Below, piece after piece: positions 63,436 to 64,000 of a DNA stretch of 64,000 nt. The notes under the pieces are model-generated. The model ran no database searches and was not told the origin of the DNA. It saw only the letters and a program-made list of their open reading frames with translations. Where the stretch lies: the NCBI GenBank assembly GCA_001657395.1, contig LYSY01000012.1:18909-82908 (forward strand), in the 5' to 3' direction. The translations under genes were made by a program, and so were the position numbers. Source of the stretch: Rhodospirillales bacterium BBD 1991-14. GTDB lineage: Bacteria; Pseudomonadota; Alphaproteobacteria; Kiloniellales; Kiloniellaceae. Numbering within the stretch: position 1 is the first letter of the stretch; each line of letters starts with the position of its first letter.

Positions 63436-64000
63436 ATGAAGGCACTGGTCTATACCGCGACGAAGGAGACCGCCTACCGCGACGAGGCGGAGCCGCAGCG
63501 CGGCCCCGGCGAAGCTTTGGTGAGCATAGAGGCGGTGGGCATCTGCGGGTCCGACATGCATGCCTGGCACGGCCACGACCCGCGGCGCGTGCCGCCGCTG
63601 ATCCTGGGGCACGAGGCCTGCGGAACCGTCTTGGAGGGGGCGAGCGCAGGCCAGCGGGTGGTGCTCAATCCCCTGGTGAGCTGCGGCGTCTGCCGCTTCT
63701 GCACCGAGGGACGGACCAATCTTTGCCCTGACCGCGATCTCATCGGCATGCGCCGGCCCGGCGCCTTCGGCGAGCGCATCGCGATTCCCGAGCGCAATCT
63801 GATCGCCGTGCCCGAAGGGATGGATCCGGCCAAGGCCGCCCTGACCGAACCCTGCGCCACCGCCTGGCACGCCCTGGCGCTGGCGGCGCGCGCGGCCTGG
63901 CGGCCGGTGGCTGAATCGCACGCCCTGGTGATCGGCGGCGGCTCCGTGGGCCTCCTGGGCGGGCTCATTCTCCAGGCCTGGGGGGCTGCCGAAGTGCGGC
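63436..64000 (+). CDS. hpsP: Zn-dependent alcohol dehydrogenase, probable HpsP (3'-truncated by the window, absent from the ORF track)
   Basis: Translated by hand: MKALVY...GICGSDMHAWHGHDPRRVPPLILGHE...CGVCRFC......NLC...GGGSVG. GAGGA SD. Confidence 0.75.
   Translation, partial: MKALVYTATKETAYRDEAEPQRGPGEALVSIEAVGICGSDMHAWHGHDPRRVPPLILGHEACGTVLEGASAGQRVVLNPLVSCGVCRFCTEGRTNLCPDRDLIGMRRPGAFGERIAIPERNLIAVPEGMDPAKAALTEPCATAWHALALAARAAWRPVAESHALVIGGGSVGLLGGLILQAWGAAEVR

Overview
High-GC chromosomal segment with about 55 protein-coding genes. I infer a marine or saline alphaproteobacterium, probably Rhodospirillales-like, from the gene content (frc, hps, actP/DUF294). No rRNA, tRNA, CRISPR array, transposase or prophage was seen. 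Order of blocks: (1) 5'-truncated RND pump and an MFS/AraC pair; (2) ECF sigma, LysR and peroxiredoxin-like gene, followed by a degenerate 3 x 79-bp intergenic array; (3) GntR plus a polyamine-type ABC operon that continues into a GT1-fold protein, two cupins and an ALDH; (4) a 155-bp CTAG-flanked MITE-like element; (5) an HTH, P-type ATPase, Kef and USP operon; (6) frcRBCA plus a PfkB kinase; (7) an atypical di-heme peroxidase/MauG protein with a secreted partner; (8) an actP locus with a DEDDh-CBS-DUF294 fusion; (9) gloA, two secreted proteases and a double-AAA ATPase preceded by an unannotated 20-codon leader ORF; (10) a phosphatase/phytase-like gene with a candidate Pho box, GST, CoA-transferase III and cytochrome b561; (11) a LacI-regulated sugar ABC operon with a MetE-like enzyme, a cupin and idnO/idnD; (12) an msrBA fusion and hpsNOP, truncated at the right edge. 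Best candidates for undescribed biology: the leader-peptide-controlled AAA ATPase, the GT1 lacking its catalytic His in the polyamine operon, the Trp-less di-heme enzyme with its partner, and the 79-bp array. All family calls are by-eye motif recognition; no searches were run.
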